A program made the position numbers and the translations under genes. The notes under the pieces were generated by a model. That model did no database searches and was not told where the DNA came from. It was given only the letters and a program-made list of their open reading frames with translations. From Mobula birostris (Eukaryota): a stretch of 64,000 bases of DNA. The DNA lies in NCBI RefSeq assembly GCF_030028105.1, contig NC_092374.1, positions 66,474,948 through 66,538,947 of the forward strand, read 5' to 3'. This document shows positions 11,476-23,859 of the stretch, piece after piece; the stretch's first letter is position 1, and each line of letters starts with the position of its first letter.

Positions 11476-13008
11476 CACCTCTTCCTACAGATGCTGCCTG
11501 GCCTGCTGCGTTCACCAGCAACTTTGATGTGTGTTGCTCTCATAATTTTAAACACTTCCATAATGTAACCCTTCATTCTCCTATGGTCCAAGCAATAAAG
11601 AACCTATGCTGGCCAACTAGGTCCCTCTTAAGAGATAATGGTGTTCTATAACTCAGGCTCTCTAGTCCTGGCAACATCCTTGTAAATCTTTTCTGCTCTC
11701 TTTCCAGTTTAACCACATCAATTGCTGACCTTGGCTTATTTTATCATGTGCCTCCAAGTTCCTCGAAACCTCTTCCTTAATAATGGATTCTAACATCTTC
11801 CCAATCACTGAAGTCAGACTAACTGGCCTGTAATTTCCTATCTTCTGATCCCTCCTTTCTCACAGAATGCAGTGACATTTGCAATTTTCGCATCTCTGGA
11901 ATCATTCCAGAATCTGATGATTGTTGAAAGATCATTACTCATGCCCCTACAATCTCTTCAGCTACCTCTATCAGAACTCGGGGGTGTAGTCCTGAATGGT
12001 CATGCAGCATGCTCGGAAAGACAGCAAGGAAAGTATTTAACACAACCCTGGAACTGTGAAGCAATTTCTTCTGTAGTCCTGTAAGTCAGGAAACTTCACT
12101 TTTGGCTACATTTACAGGAAATTCACCCAACTGTAGCTCTGGGTCAAGGAATTGGTGCTAGATCTGGAATTACTCAGGATCACTCTGGAATGCGAGGACT
12201 TTGTAGATGAGGCTTTTACTGGGGTGCTCACACCCAAGGTAATACATTCAGACAGGTGTATGGTTACCAGGAAAAGTAAGGGGAATAGGCAGTCAGTGCA
12301 GGGTTCTCCTGTGGTTATTCCACTCAGGAACAATTATACCTCTTTGGATACCACTGGGGTGGATGTCCGATCAGGACACAGCAACAGCAGCCAGGTCAGT
12401 GACATTATGGGCAGCCCTGAGGCTCAGCAGGGAAAGGTAAAAGTAAAAGGGAGAGGAACAGTGATAGGGGACTCCATAGTTAGGGAACAGGCAGGAGCTT
12501 CTTCAGCCATGAAAGAGACAGCTGGATGATGTGTTGTCTTCTAGGTGCCGGGGTCGAGGATGTCTCAGAGTGGCTGCAGAGATGGTTCAAGGTGAGGATG
12601 GGCAGCCAGATATCATGGTTCACATTGGCACCAACGACATAGGCAGAAAGGGAGAAAGCCTGTGCAGTGAGCATAGGGAGTTAGGAAAGAGGCTGAAAAA
12701 CTGGTCTTTGAAGCTAGTAATCTCTGGATTACTCCCATTGCACATGTTAATCAGGGTAGGAATACAAGTATAGAACAGATGATTGAATGACTGAGAAAAT
12801 GGTTTCAGGTTCTTGGATCACTGGAACTTATACTGGAGCAGGGTGGCCTGTACAAGAGAGATGGGTTGCACTTTAACTGGAGGGCGAGTCAGTATCTTGG
12901 CCAGGAGGTTCACTATGGCTACTCGGAAGAGTTTCAACTAGCTTAGTAAGGTGATGGGACCCAGAGCACCAGATCAGAAAGTGGAGGGACTGAGGGGAAA
13001 ATATATAT

Positions 13009-15453
13009 CATAGAAACATAGACATAGAAAATAGGTGCAGGAGTAGGCCATTCGGCCCTTCGAGCCTGCACCGCCATTTATTATGATCATGGCTGATCAT
13101 CCAACTCAGAACCCTGCACCAGCCTTCCCTCCATACCCTCTGATCCGCCCAGCCACAAGGGCCATATCTAGCTCCCTCTTAAATATAGCCAATGAACTGG
13201 CCTCAACTGTTTCCTGTGGCAGAGAATTCCACAGATTCACCACTCTCTGTGTGAAGAAGTTTTTCCTAATCTCAGTCCTAAAAGGCTTCGCCTTTATCCT
13301 CAAACTGTGACGCCTCGTTCTGGACTTCCCCAACATCTGGAACAATCTTCCTGTATCTAGCCTGTCCAATCCCTTTAGGATTTTATACGTTTCAATCAGA
13401 TCCTCCCTCAATCTTCTAAATTCCAACAAGTACAAGCCTAGTTCATCCAGTCTTTCTTCATATGAAAGTCCTGCCATCCCAGGAATCAATCTGGTGAACC
13501 TTCTTTGTACTCCCTCTGTGGCAAGGATGTCTTTCCTCAGATTAGGGGACCAAAACCGCACACAATATTCCAGGTGTGGTCTCACCAAGGCCTTGTACAA
13601 CTGCAGTAGTACCTCCCTGCTCCTGTACTCGAATCCTCTTGCTATAAGTGCCAGCATACCATTTGCCTTTTTCACCACCTGCTGTACCTGCATGCCCACT
13701 TTCAATGACTGGTGTATAATGACACCCAGGTCTCGTTGCACCTCCCCTTTTCCTAATCGGCCACCATTCAGATAATAATCTGTTTTCCTATTTTTGCCAC
13801 CAAAGTGGATAACTTCACATTTATCCACATTAAATTGCATCTGCCATGAATTTGCCCACTCATCCAACCTATCCAAGTCACCCTGCATCCTCTTAGCAGC
13901 CTCCTCACAGCTAACACTGCCGCCTAGCTTCGTGTCATCCACAAACTTGGAGATGCTGCATTTAATTCCCTCATCCAAGTCATTAATATATATTGTAAAC
14001 AACTAGGGTCCCAGCACTGAGCCTTGCGGTACCCCACTAGTCACTGCCTGCCATTCTGAAAAGGTCCCATTTATTCCCACTCTTTGCTTCCTGTCTGCTA
14101 ACCAATTCTCTATCCACATCAATACCTTACCCCCCATACCATGTGCTTTAAGTTTGCACACTAATCTCCTGTGTGGGACCTTGTCAAAAGCTTTTTGAAA
14201 ATCCAAATATACCACATCCACTGGTTCTCCCCTATCCACTCTACTAGTTACACCCTCAAAAAATTCTATGAGATTCGTCAGACATGATTTTCCTTTCACA
14301 AATCCATGCTGACTTTGTCCGATCATTTCACCGCTTTCCAAATGTGCTGTGATCACATCTTTGATAACTGACTCCAGCAGTTTCCCCACCACCGACGTTA
14401 GGCTAACCGGTTTATAATTCCCCGGTTTCTCTCTCCCTCCTTTTTTAAAAAGTGGGGTTACATTAGCCACCCTCCAATCCTCAGGAACTAGTCCAGAATC
14501 TAACGAGTTTTGAAAAATTATCACTAATGCATCCACTATTTCTTGGGCTACTTCCTTAAGCACTCTGGGATGCAGACCATCTGGCCCTGGGAATTTATCT
14601 GCCTTTAATCCCTTCAACTTACCTAACACCACTTCCCTACTAACATGTATTTCGCTCAGTTCCTCCATCTCACTGGACCCTCTGTCCCCTACTATTTCTG
14701 GAAGATTATTTATGTCCTCCTTAGTGAAGACAGAACCAAAGTAATTATTCAATTGGTCTGCCATGTCCTTGCTCCCCATAATCAATTCACATGTTTCTGT
14801 CTGTAGGGGACCTATATTTGTCTTTACCAGTCTTTTCCTTTTTACATATCTATAAAAGCTTTTACAGTCAGTTTTTATGTTCCCTGCCAGTTTTCTCTCA
14901 TAATCTTTTTTCCCCTTCCTAATTAAGCCCTTTGTCCTCCTCTGCTGAACTCTGAATTTCTCCCAGTCCTCAGGTGAGCCACTTTTTCTGGCTAATTTGT
15001 ATGTTTTTTCTTTGGAATTGATACTATTCCTAATTTCTCTTGTCAGCCACGGGTGCACTACCTTCCTTGATTTATTCTTTTGCCAAACTGGGATGAACAA
15101 TTGTTGTAGTTCATCCATGCAATCTTTAAATGCTTGCCATTGCATATCCACTGCCAATCCTTTAAGTGTCATTTGCCAGTCTATCTTAGCTAATTCACGT
15201 CTCATACCTTCAAAGTTGCCCCTCTTTAAGTTCAGAACCTTTTTTCTGAATTAACTATGTCACTCTCCATCTTAATGAGGAATTCCACCATATTATGGTC
15301 ACTCTTACCCAAGGGGCCTCTCATGACAAGATTGCTAATGAACTCTTCCTCATTGCTCAAAACCCAGCCTAGAATAGTCTGCTCTCTAGTTGGTTCCTCG
15401 ACATGTTGGTTCAAAAAACCATCCCGCATACATTCCAAGAAATCCTCTTCCTC
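13009..15453 (-). mobile_element. Young 5'-truncated CR1 LINE (ORF2: end of APE, RT, 3' UTR)
   Basis: ORFs 15232-15453, 14003-15205 and 13106-14002 carry SDHN, PGPDG, YLDFQKAFDKV, GVPQGSVLGP, FVDDTK and RPHLEYC. 3' tail is (TTTCTATG)n-like. One stop and one 1-bp frameshift. Confidence 0.95.
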
Positions 15454-16119
15454 ATGACCAACAGGAACAGAAAGGAGCAAGGTAATAGACATAATGAGAT
15501 GGATGTGTTGATGTGCATATATTTTAATTCTCAGAGTCTAAAGGGTACTTAGAGCAGGTATCAGAATGGAACTATGATTTTGAGGCAATAAAAAAAGACT
15601 TGGTTGAGAGAAGAAAAGGAATGGATACCTTATTTTCCAGGGTTTCGATGGAAAAGTCAGAGGAAGTAAAAGGGGTGGGTGAACAGCTACGCTATTAATC
15701 AGGAAAAATATCACAGCTGCATTCAGAGAGGACATAATGGAGTGCTCATCCGCTGAATCTAGATGGGTAAAACTTAAAAATAAGAAGAGTGCAATCATCC
15801 TGATGGGATTGTACTTAAGAACCCCCTCCTCATTAGCCACTGGGACATTAATGAACAGATATACAGGCAGGTTAGGGAAGGGTATATTGTAGTGAGTGAC
15901 TTCAATTGCCCTGATATAGACTGGTTTAGACAAGGCAAAATTTGATAGGTGCATCAAAGAGGTTTTCTTAAACTGGTATGTAGATAGTCAAACAAGAGGA
16001 AGAATAATGTTGTTGGGTAATGAGTCTAGTCTGGTGACTGACCCTTCAGTGGGACAACACTTAGGGAACAGTGATCTCAACTCTTTAAGTTTCAAGATAG
16101 CTATAGTAAAGCTATATCT

Positions 16120-16695
16120 GGTTCCTTAATGCTGTTATGGCTGGAGATGGTAATGGGGACAAATTCCCACTAACTATTAAATGTTCCCAATGATGTGTGC
16201 TTCAAATAGCCTCTGACAACTAAGTCCAGCTCCTGGCCTTCACGTGTGGCTTAGCTACTAAGCCCGGCGGAACTGTTTTTACTGACAGGAGAAGGGGCAA
16301 AGGCACTTTCCTGGCGTCGCTTTATGCAGATGTGGCTCACCAACTGTGGTTGGCAGCTCATCAAGAAGCAAAACTCTGATCTCAAACCTCTGCTGCTTTG
16401 TGGCTATACTCACTCATGGGGAATGCTTTGGGAGTAAAGTCCAAGGAAAAAATCCAGAGCTGGAGTCCCTAAGGCAGTCCTACATTGAGTTCAGTGCTGA
16501 TTGGCAACTCCTGTGATGTTACGGGTGCTAAACTGTATCTGTCTCTGCCATTCCTTTAGGTTCATCAGATGCATGGAGAGGGGAAGTTTGCTACATGGGC
16601 AACAGCTTACTCTCCATATCATACTGCTCTGGTTTGTGTACCTGGGCAGCTAGGATGCAACATCCGTGGTCGACCCTGACCGGTGGAGGCCTCAG
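16120..16695 (+). mobile_element. Non-coding interspersed repeat inserted in the old CR1, possibly RTE-related and non-autonomous
   Basis: Abrupt interruption of CR1 homology by a GC-richer ~575-bp block; family not firmly identified. Confidence 0.4.
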
Positions 16696-17499
16696 CTCAA
16701 TAGTTAAGGCTAAATGCAAACCTTGCAGGAGAGTATTAAATTGCAGCAAAGCAAATTATGCAAGTATTTGGCATGAAATTTGTAGAGTTTACAGGCAAGT
16801 CCATATCTGACATGCTGAAGGTGTTTAAAGACCAACTGAGCAGAATACAGGATAGGAAGAGAGAAAGTCAAGGATGGCAAAGCAAGGGAACTTTGGATGT
16901 CGAGAGAGGTAGTGAACTTAGTCAAGAAGTAAACAGAAATGTACATAAGGTTTAGGAAGCTAAAATCAAATAGAGCCCTTAAAGCCAAAAAAGGACTCAT
17001 GAAGGGAATCAGGAGGGTCAGGTGGGGTCATGAAAAGTCCTTCACAAGGAAGATTAAAGAGATTTTAGAGCAAGAGGATAACTAGGGAATGGGTAGGGCC
17101 ACTCAAGAATACAGGAAGGAACATTTCCTTGGTTGCAGAGGATGTGGGTGAGGTCATAAATGAGTACTTTGAATCAGTATTTACCAAGGAGAAGCAAGTG
17201 GAGGATAGGGAGATGGGTGTGGATCATGTTAGTTTGCTAGGGTTTTTCAAAATAAGGAAGGAGTTAGTGTTGGTAGTGTTTTCCTGTTGAAAATTGGGTT
17301 GTATAATACAATCCTATAATACAAATGATGCAAAGCCTATAATTCAATAACTTTAATCCACAACATGTATTCAAGGTGCTGTGTATCAATATCACTCCAT
17401 TAGTCAGCAAGATAAAGCAGTGAATTCAAAGGCCCTTCTTTTAAATGTGAAGTGATGCTCTGCAATAAGGAAAAACACGGTAATGGATTTTAGTGTTCT

Positions 17500-17882
17500 T
17501 AGACTAAGGTGAAACACTGTTGTAAACAGCTGCAAAACGAGGAGGGTTGGGCATGGGGCCAGCAAACCCATCTGTGAAAAAAGAGCGCTACGGGAAAAAC
17601 AATAGAAACTCTAAAGATCCCATCCTTGGGAGAGGAAGGATCTTCGTCCTGCGGATGTATGAAGTTGTGTGCTGAAAGCCTCAAGTCCATGGAAGCCACA
17701 GGGCCAATAACGTTCAGGCCAGCCAAAGAACACCTGGCGACGTGACCTTGAAGGTGACACCAAGAAGATGGGCTACATCTGGGGTCAACTTGAAAGACGG
17801 ATCAAGGACAGAGGACACTGGTAAGCTAACGTTGGCTGCCTATGCCCAAGTAGCTGTGAAGGGTTTAGCTAACTAAGTAACT
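17500..17882 (+). mobile_element. Internally deleted RTE LINE derivative (5' UTR piece + ORF C-terminus + TAA-rich tail)
   Basis: ggagggttgggcatggggccagcaaacccat 5' motif; C-terminus DTKKMGYIWGQLERRIKDRG; ends ctaactaagtaa. Confidence 0.6.
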
Positions 17883-17896
17883 GGACTGGCGAGAGA

Positions 17897-18036
17897 CAGC
17901 AACACACACAAAAAGATGGTCTCAGCCCAAAAAGTCAACTGTACTTTTTTCCATAGATACTGCCGGGCCTGCTGAGTTCCTCCAGCATTTTGTGTGTGTT
18001 GCTTGGATTTCCAGCATCTGCAGATTTTCTCTTGTT
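17897..18036 (+). mobile_element. Short PLE-tail derivative with small inverted end
   Basis: gcaacacacacaaaa is inverted against ttttgtgtgtgttgc; contains the 3' half of the hammerhead motif. Confidence 0.65.
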
Positions 18037-18571
18037 TGAGGAGAGGGAGGGATATTTTATAGCTTTGTCTATTTGCTGATAATCCTCGGCACCCTAATGA
18101 TATAAGTAATCAGATTTCACTTTAGAAGAATAAGCACTGGTACTTAAAGGGAAAGCAGCAAAACTCAGACATAAACCTTTGCGTTGCAATAAGGAGGAGG
18201 GCGAGACCGTTGTGTATGAAATTAAAAGGAAAAGCATTTGAATGATGGAGAAACACATCAATAAGAAAAGCTTCTTAAAGTCATACATTTCTGCACACCA
18301 CTGTTGTAATGTGTGGTTATTTGAGTTACTGTCACTTTCTTGTCAGCTTGAACTAGTCTGGTCATTCTCCTCTGACCTTTCTCATTAACAAAACATTTTA
18401 GCCCACAGAACTGCCTCTCACTTGATGTTATTTTGTTTTTTGCAACTTTCTCTGTAAACTCTAGAGACTGCTGTGTGTGAAAATCCCAGGAGATCAGCAG
18501 TTACTGAAATACTCAAACCAGCCCAACAGGCAGCAAAGACCATTCTGCGAATAAAATCACCAAGATTATAT

Positions 18572-21500
18572 TGTGGCGAGTACTTGGTCCATAATGACAG
18601 ACGAAGAAGCTCTTTAACTCAACAACAGTTTTACTGTGATAGACACAAAACACAGACCGCGCACCATGACCCAGACAGACAACCCAACCAGTCTCAAACT
18701 GACGGGGGAGGTGACCATCACACACCCTGGTTACAGTCTGGGTGACCCACAAATACACAAGCAAATAACGGTATAACCCAAGCTAAAATGAAACAATAAA
18801 CAAACTGGAACTTCCCACCATAATCCCACAAAAGCATTTCAACACAAGAGCAATAAACAGAACTGGTTATTAGAAATGCAGGTGTAGGTTGTGACCACGC
18901 CCCCACCCAGAGCGTCACACTGCCCCCACCCAAGGGGTCAGCCATCCCCGGCAACCCCAGAGTCCATAGCAAGGTCCAGAGTTCCGGTGGGCGTTGACAC
19001 TGCCACCTGTTTGTGTGATGCAAGAGGCAGGGCTCTCAGCGTGTCACTTCCTTCCTTCAGTCTCGCTGGGGTAGTGGTGGCCAAGGGCCAACCCAGTGCC
19101 AGCTGGTCCCGGTACAGCATGACTGCCTTCCGCCACTCAGGCAACCACACCCGATATACCACATCGGAGATGTGGTCGAGCACCTCTCCCGGCCCCTTCC
19201 ATTGGCTTCCACAGCTGGGGGATAGTCCCTTCCTTCAGGGAGGGGCAGTAGACCCACAATGGGGCCCCCACCATGTACTGCTGCATTGGCACCCCAGACT
19301 GTCGGCCCAGCCCCTTCTGGTGCATGCAAGCATTGCTGCAGTGCACGAACAGCTCCACATCCTGCCTGTACCCAGGCCAATAGGAGCGTTCACGCAGCCT
19401 GCCCAACGTCTTTGCAACTCCGCAATGACCAGCCCGTGTACCGACCGCAGCACGGAGCCCCCACGGACCACCAGCTGCAGGAGTCTGTCACCATTGGACA
19501 ACTTCCACCGCCAGAACAGCAAACCGTCGTGGACCTCCAGCATTCCCCACTGCGAGTACAGGGCCTTGGTCTCTGGCCCAGGACGGAGACCTCTGCCCAC
19601 TCCAGCCGTCATCCCACACTCAGCCATTGCCTCACCAGGGCCAACACGGGGTCACTCACCTGTTCGCTGCGCAGCCGCTGGTCCATGGCAGGGAGGTGGT
19701 CGCTGGTTGTCACCTGAAGGGTCGTCACTGTTGCTTGCCCATGGTTCAGCTGTGTTGCGTTGGGCTGCTGCGAGTTGTGCTGCACTGTCACAGACCGCTG
19801 TGAAACCGGCGGTGGTTGCTGCCCCCCGCTGGGACCGCTTCCTGGAGCTGCCCTGCCAGACGGCCATTGCCTCAGCACAGAGGCAGAGTGTTGCCCCTGA
19901 CACATCCACACGGACCATCCAGCGGGACAGCAGGTCCGGGCCAAGGATACAGGACTCTTGGATGTTGGCGAGCCACACCTCGTGCTCCGCTGCATTTCTC
20001 CCCACTGCGATGGGCAGCCTCCTCTTCCCTCGCATCATCGCATAGAGACTGTGACCGTCGACAGTTGGACTGCCGTCATTGTCTGCCCAGGCAGGGATGG
20101 CTGGTCCGTGTTGGGGAGAACACCGGGACGGATGATAGTTATGGTCGACCCCGTATCCACCAACGCACGGCATCTGATGCCCTCCACCACGCAGTCCACG
20201 TATTCGCCTTGCTCTTCCCCAAAACGGCCCACCCAGAGGGGCGACAATGGAGGGGTTCTGCTAGAGGACTAGGGTGACACTGCCCACTCGGCGTTTCCTG
20301 ATGGCTGTGCTGGGCTCTGGCATGGTGCCGGTGTGGGGCTGTCTTGGGCCAAATGACCTGCCTCACCGCACCGATAACAGAGGTGATTTCGTGGCTGGCG
20401 GCGAGGCCGTCACAGGCTCCTCCTCATCAGTTTCCTCCTCACCTTCAGTGACACAAGCCCGGACTCGCTGCATGCTGGAATACTTTGGAGGCTAAGATTG
20501 CTTCTGCTCTCTCGGCCTCGGCCAGCATCTCATCCAGCGATGATGGCAACGTCAGGCGAACATGCTGCCAAAGGCGCTCTGGAGTCAGTGCCTTTACAAA
20601 AGCGTGGAGGGCACGCTCTTCCTGGGAGGGAACTTGGGGTAGCTACGCCGAGCAGAGTGGCGGAGATCTGCTGCAAGCATCCCCAAGTTTTCTCCCATAC
20701 GGCACCGTCTGCTGCACAGTTCTTCCCTCATTGCTTCCACCCACGGCCTCTGCTCAAAATGCCACTCGAGCGCCCTGTAGTCACACTGCTCCGCCGGCGT
20801 TAGGTCGAGGAGGGCCTGGAGGGCATCTCCTTCCAGTGCCAGGGCAAGGTGGCAACGCCGTCTCAGTGGGGCTCCACCCGGGAGCTTCAGGGTAAACCTT
20901 GAGGCGCAACTGGTCGAGGCCCTTTGATCTTCCTGCTGCTCCGGCGGCGTCTGCCATGGTGCACATCCTTCCATGGTTACGACGTCTTGGGTTCTCCGGT
21001 GTGGGTCACTACGGAGGCGAGTGGTGCGCTCCGCTCTGTCCCCAGGGTTGGGGAGCCTGGGTACGCTCGCTCCATCGGGGCTGCCTGGGAAGGCACAATG
21101 CTCGGTTCCCAGGTCCTCCCTCCGGGTCCTGTCTTCACGAGCCCCGCCCGTGGGTGTGGGGAAGGCATCCTGCTCAGTTCCTCGTGTTATTCCCCGGGTC
21201 TTAAGGCACTCTATTCGCCATCGTAGCTCTTCAAGCTCCTCTTCGATCTCGCATCCCACTCCTGACACCATTGTGGCGAGCTTTTGGTTTGGTCCATAAT
21301 GACAGACGAGGAAGATCTTTAACTCAACAACGGTTTTTATTGTAGTAAACACAAAACAGCCCAGGTACCATGACCCGGAGAGACAACCCAATCAGTCTCA
21401 GACCGACGGGGGATGTGACCATCACACACCCTGGTTACAGTTACAGTGACCCACAAATACACAAGCAAATAACTATATAACTGGAGCTAAAATGTAACAA

Positions 21501-21624
21501 TAAATGAACTGGAACTTCCCACCATAATCCCACAAAAGCATTTTAATACAAGAACAGTAAACAGTACTGGTCATTAGAAATGCAGGGGCAGGCTGTCGTC
21601 CACACCCCTGCCCAGAACGTCACA
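18572..21624 (-). mobile_element. Internally deleted Ty3/gypsy LTR retrotransposon
   Basis: LTRs at 18572-18919 and 21272-21624 (TG...CA), 4-bp TSD ATAT, PBS and PPT present. Protease ALVDTGST, integrase Zn-finger region (RLRERSYWPGYRQDV..C..C) and C-terminal DVVYR. No RT/RNase H recognisable. Confidence 0.93.
21253..21270 (-). promoter_or_regulatory. Primer binding site complementary to the tRNA-Leu 3' end
   Basis: TGGTGTCAGGAGTGGGAT one base inside the 5' LTR. Confidence 0.9.
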
Positions 21625-21949
21625 ATATTTTCCTCATCCTCCATTCTGAACAAATGAAACTCTTGACCATGCCTGCATGCTTTTATACCTTGAGTTACTG
21701 CCACATAATTGGCTGATTAGATATCTGTATTAACGAGCAGGCGTACCTAATAAAATGCCCACTGAGTGTATAAGTACTGTGAAGTACAAGCAAAGACTAA
21801 GTGACACAATAATGACATTGAGAGTCACAACAACCTTAGCTACTTCTATCTGCCCAGCTGTGTATCTTGCATCTTGTTGAACATTACAAGGGGAAGCTTC
21901 CCAAACTAGTGTGGTGCCATTGCCTCACCCCCATCAATGTCACAAACCC

Positions 21950-22510
21950 TGCAGGTATAACCACCCTCCAGGTATAATCCACCTTTTCTCTGCAAGTCCA
22001 AAGCCCCAGCTCCCACCAATTGTGACCCACCCTACTGTTGTAATCTCCCACTTTCCCAAACCACCCACTGGCTGTAATCCTTTCTCTTACTGTGATCAAC
22101 CTCTCTCCTTAGAATCTACCCAACTTCTGCAACCCACCCTCTCACTGTAACCCACCCTGCCCCCTAACACATTCTTCCGCTTTAATCCATTCTTTCCTTA
22201 TAACCCACTCACCTTTCCTCCCCCGTAATACATCTCCCCATCGCAACCCACCTACCAGCTGTAACCCATACTCCCTCAGTAGTTAGAACGAACCCTCACC
22301 CCATAACTCACCTTCCTGCTGGAATCCAAGATCCTCACGGAACCCAGTCTACCCCAATAACTGCCTTACCCACAGTAATTCATCCATCTCCTATCGCTCA
22401 ACCTTTCACTTTAATCCACACTCCAAGTATAATGTACCCCTTGCTAATAATCCAACACCTACTTGGAACCCAGCACCAGACTCTGAGCTACCTTCTGGTT
22501 GTAACCTTCC
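21950..22510. repeat. Degenerate C-rich minisatellite (core ~CTGTAACCCACCCT)
   Basis: Recurrent TAACCCAC/TAATCCAC/TGTAAC motifs at roughly 18-25 bp spacing; strong C/G strand skew. Confidence 0.6.
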
Positions 22511-22564
22511 CCAGCATCTCATCTTCTGCTCACTTCATCTTAGCAAGTCAACCAATACAAATTT

Positions 22565-22856
22565 ATTTTTTTATTTGATTTTATTTATTGAGACAGTGCA
22601 GAATAGGCCCTCTGGCCTATTCAGCCGTGCCACCTAGCAATCCCCCAATTTAATTGAAGCCTAATTACAGGACAACTTACAGTGACCGATTAACCTATTG
22701 ACCGGTACATCTTTGGACTGTGGGAGGAAACCAGAGCACTCGGAGGAAACCCACGCAGTCATGGGGAGAATGTACAAACTCCTTACGGGCAGTGATGGGA
22801 ATTGAACCTGGAGTGCTTGTACTGTCAAGTGCTAACCACCATGCTACGGTGCCGCG
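22565..22856 (-). mobile_element. V-SINE-like element
   Basis: ggactgtgggaggaaaccagagcactcggaggaaacccacgcagtcatggggagaatgtacaaactcc...attgaacc...gctaaccaccatgctac. Confidence 0.7.
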
Positions 22857-23072
22857 CTCAACCAAGTTCATAAACTGTACATCAAGTATCTTTGGAAGTC
22901 ATGTATGAATTTGCTTCCTTTACCTTTTCTTACGCTTCACTGTGGTCTTATCCCTTGTGGTCAGGTCCGCAGAGCATTTCTTTGACTCAGCAACCTGCTC
23001 TTCTATTGAGGCACAACTAATACACTAATGGGCCAACAAATGATAAATATTACACAAATGATAAACTACTTA

Positions 23073-23246
<174 letters not shown>

Positions 23247-23859
23247 TCATTTTTACAAACTTGCACACGTATTTCTAATGTTAGCCTAATTATACTGCAG
23301 GTGTCCAGAAAGAGTATTATATTTTTCAGTTAACAGAAATAGTGTATGAACCATGCAGTTTTAAGAGCAGCACAGCTAGGCCAATTGCCACATCTGACAA
23401 AGAGCACGAACATCCTAAACTGAAGCGCTAGGTGCACTTTGTAACATGACCTCCTTCTGGAGAACAGGTCTGCCAATCTTAGCTGCAAGGATGCTTTTAA
23501 TCTTAATGTTATTCACTTTTTTAAAACATGAATTACTGTTGTTCTAATTTGTTGATTACTCAATTGAACTGTCTTTCAGTGACAGTTAAAAAGAGTTCAT
23601 AGGACTTTGATAGCTGTGTGCTGTCTGAAGTTGTCAGACTGTTCTGCTTTGGGGGTGGGATCTCAGGATCCACACCTGAGGCTCAGGCACTGCTCACCAA
23701 TAGACAACTCGATCGACTACAAAAATATGCAAGCATGGCTTTGGGAAAAATGCATGTAATAAGCTTGGGTGATAGGTTAGTTTAAGCACTATCTGGAGGT
23801 GAAACATTCCATTCTGTATCAAGATGCTGACAAAACTGCAATGTGAACTATTCTCTATT

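Larger units (their letters stand above)
9822..11536 (+). mobile_element. 5'-truncated Penelope-like element (Neptune-type) inserted in a CR1 3' fragment
   Basis: 10-bp TSD CTCTCATAAT (9812-9821, 11537-11546). Open RT + GIY-YIG frame, pyrimidine-rich tail and hammerhead motif at 11438-11475. Confidence 0.93.
11990..17280 (+). mobile_element. Old CR1 LINE (ORF1 with SGNH esterase, degenerate APE endonuclease), split by later insertions at 13009-15453 and ~16120-16695
   Basis: VIGDSIVR and VHIGTNDIG esterase blocks (ORFs 12152-12529, 12531-12773). Decayed APE sequence at 15500-16110; ORF2 linker (NEYF.SVFTKE) near 17160. Confidence 0.8.
18338..21770 (-). mobile_element. Tc1-like DNA transposon relic (left TIR + transposase N-terminus), interrupted by the gypsy element
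   Basis: 18338-18571 plus 21625-21770 align colinearly with the uninterrupted copy at 61048-61432; ends tacctaataaaatgcccactgagtg-TA. Confidence 0.85.

Noticed and set aside
19100-20250. Gmr1-type gene order (integrase before RT)
   Set aside because: The integrase C-terminus runs directly to the PPT and LTR with no RT downstream; deletion of RT-RNase H from a standard gypsy is simpler.
18891-21391. Cluster of long overlapping ORFs, including the 384-aa plus-strand ORF, as novel genes
   Set aside because: These are shadow frames of a GC-rich, frameshifted gypsy interior.
21950-22510. Interstitial telomere or CRISPR-like array
   Set aside because: There is no tandem (TTAGGG)n and no identical repeats with unique spacers, and the context is eukaryotic with no cas genes.
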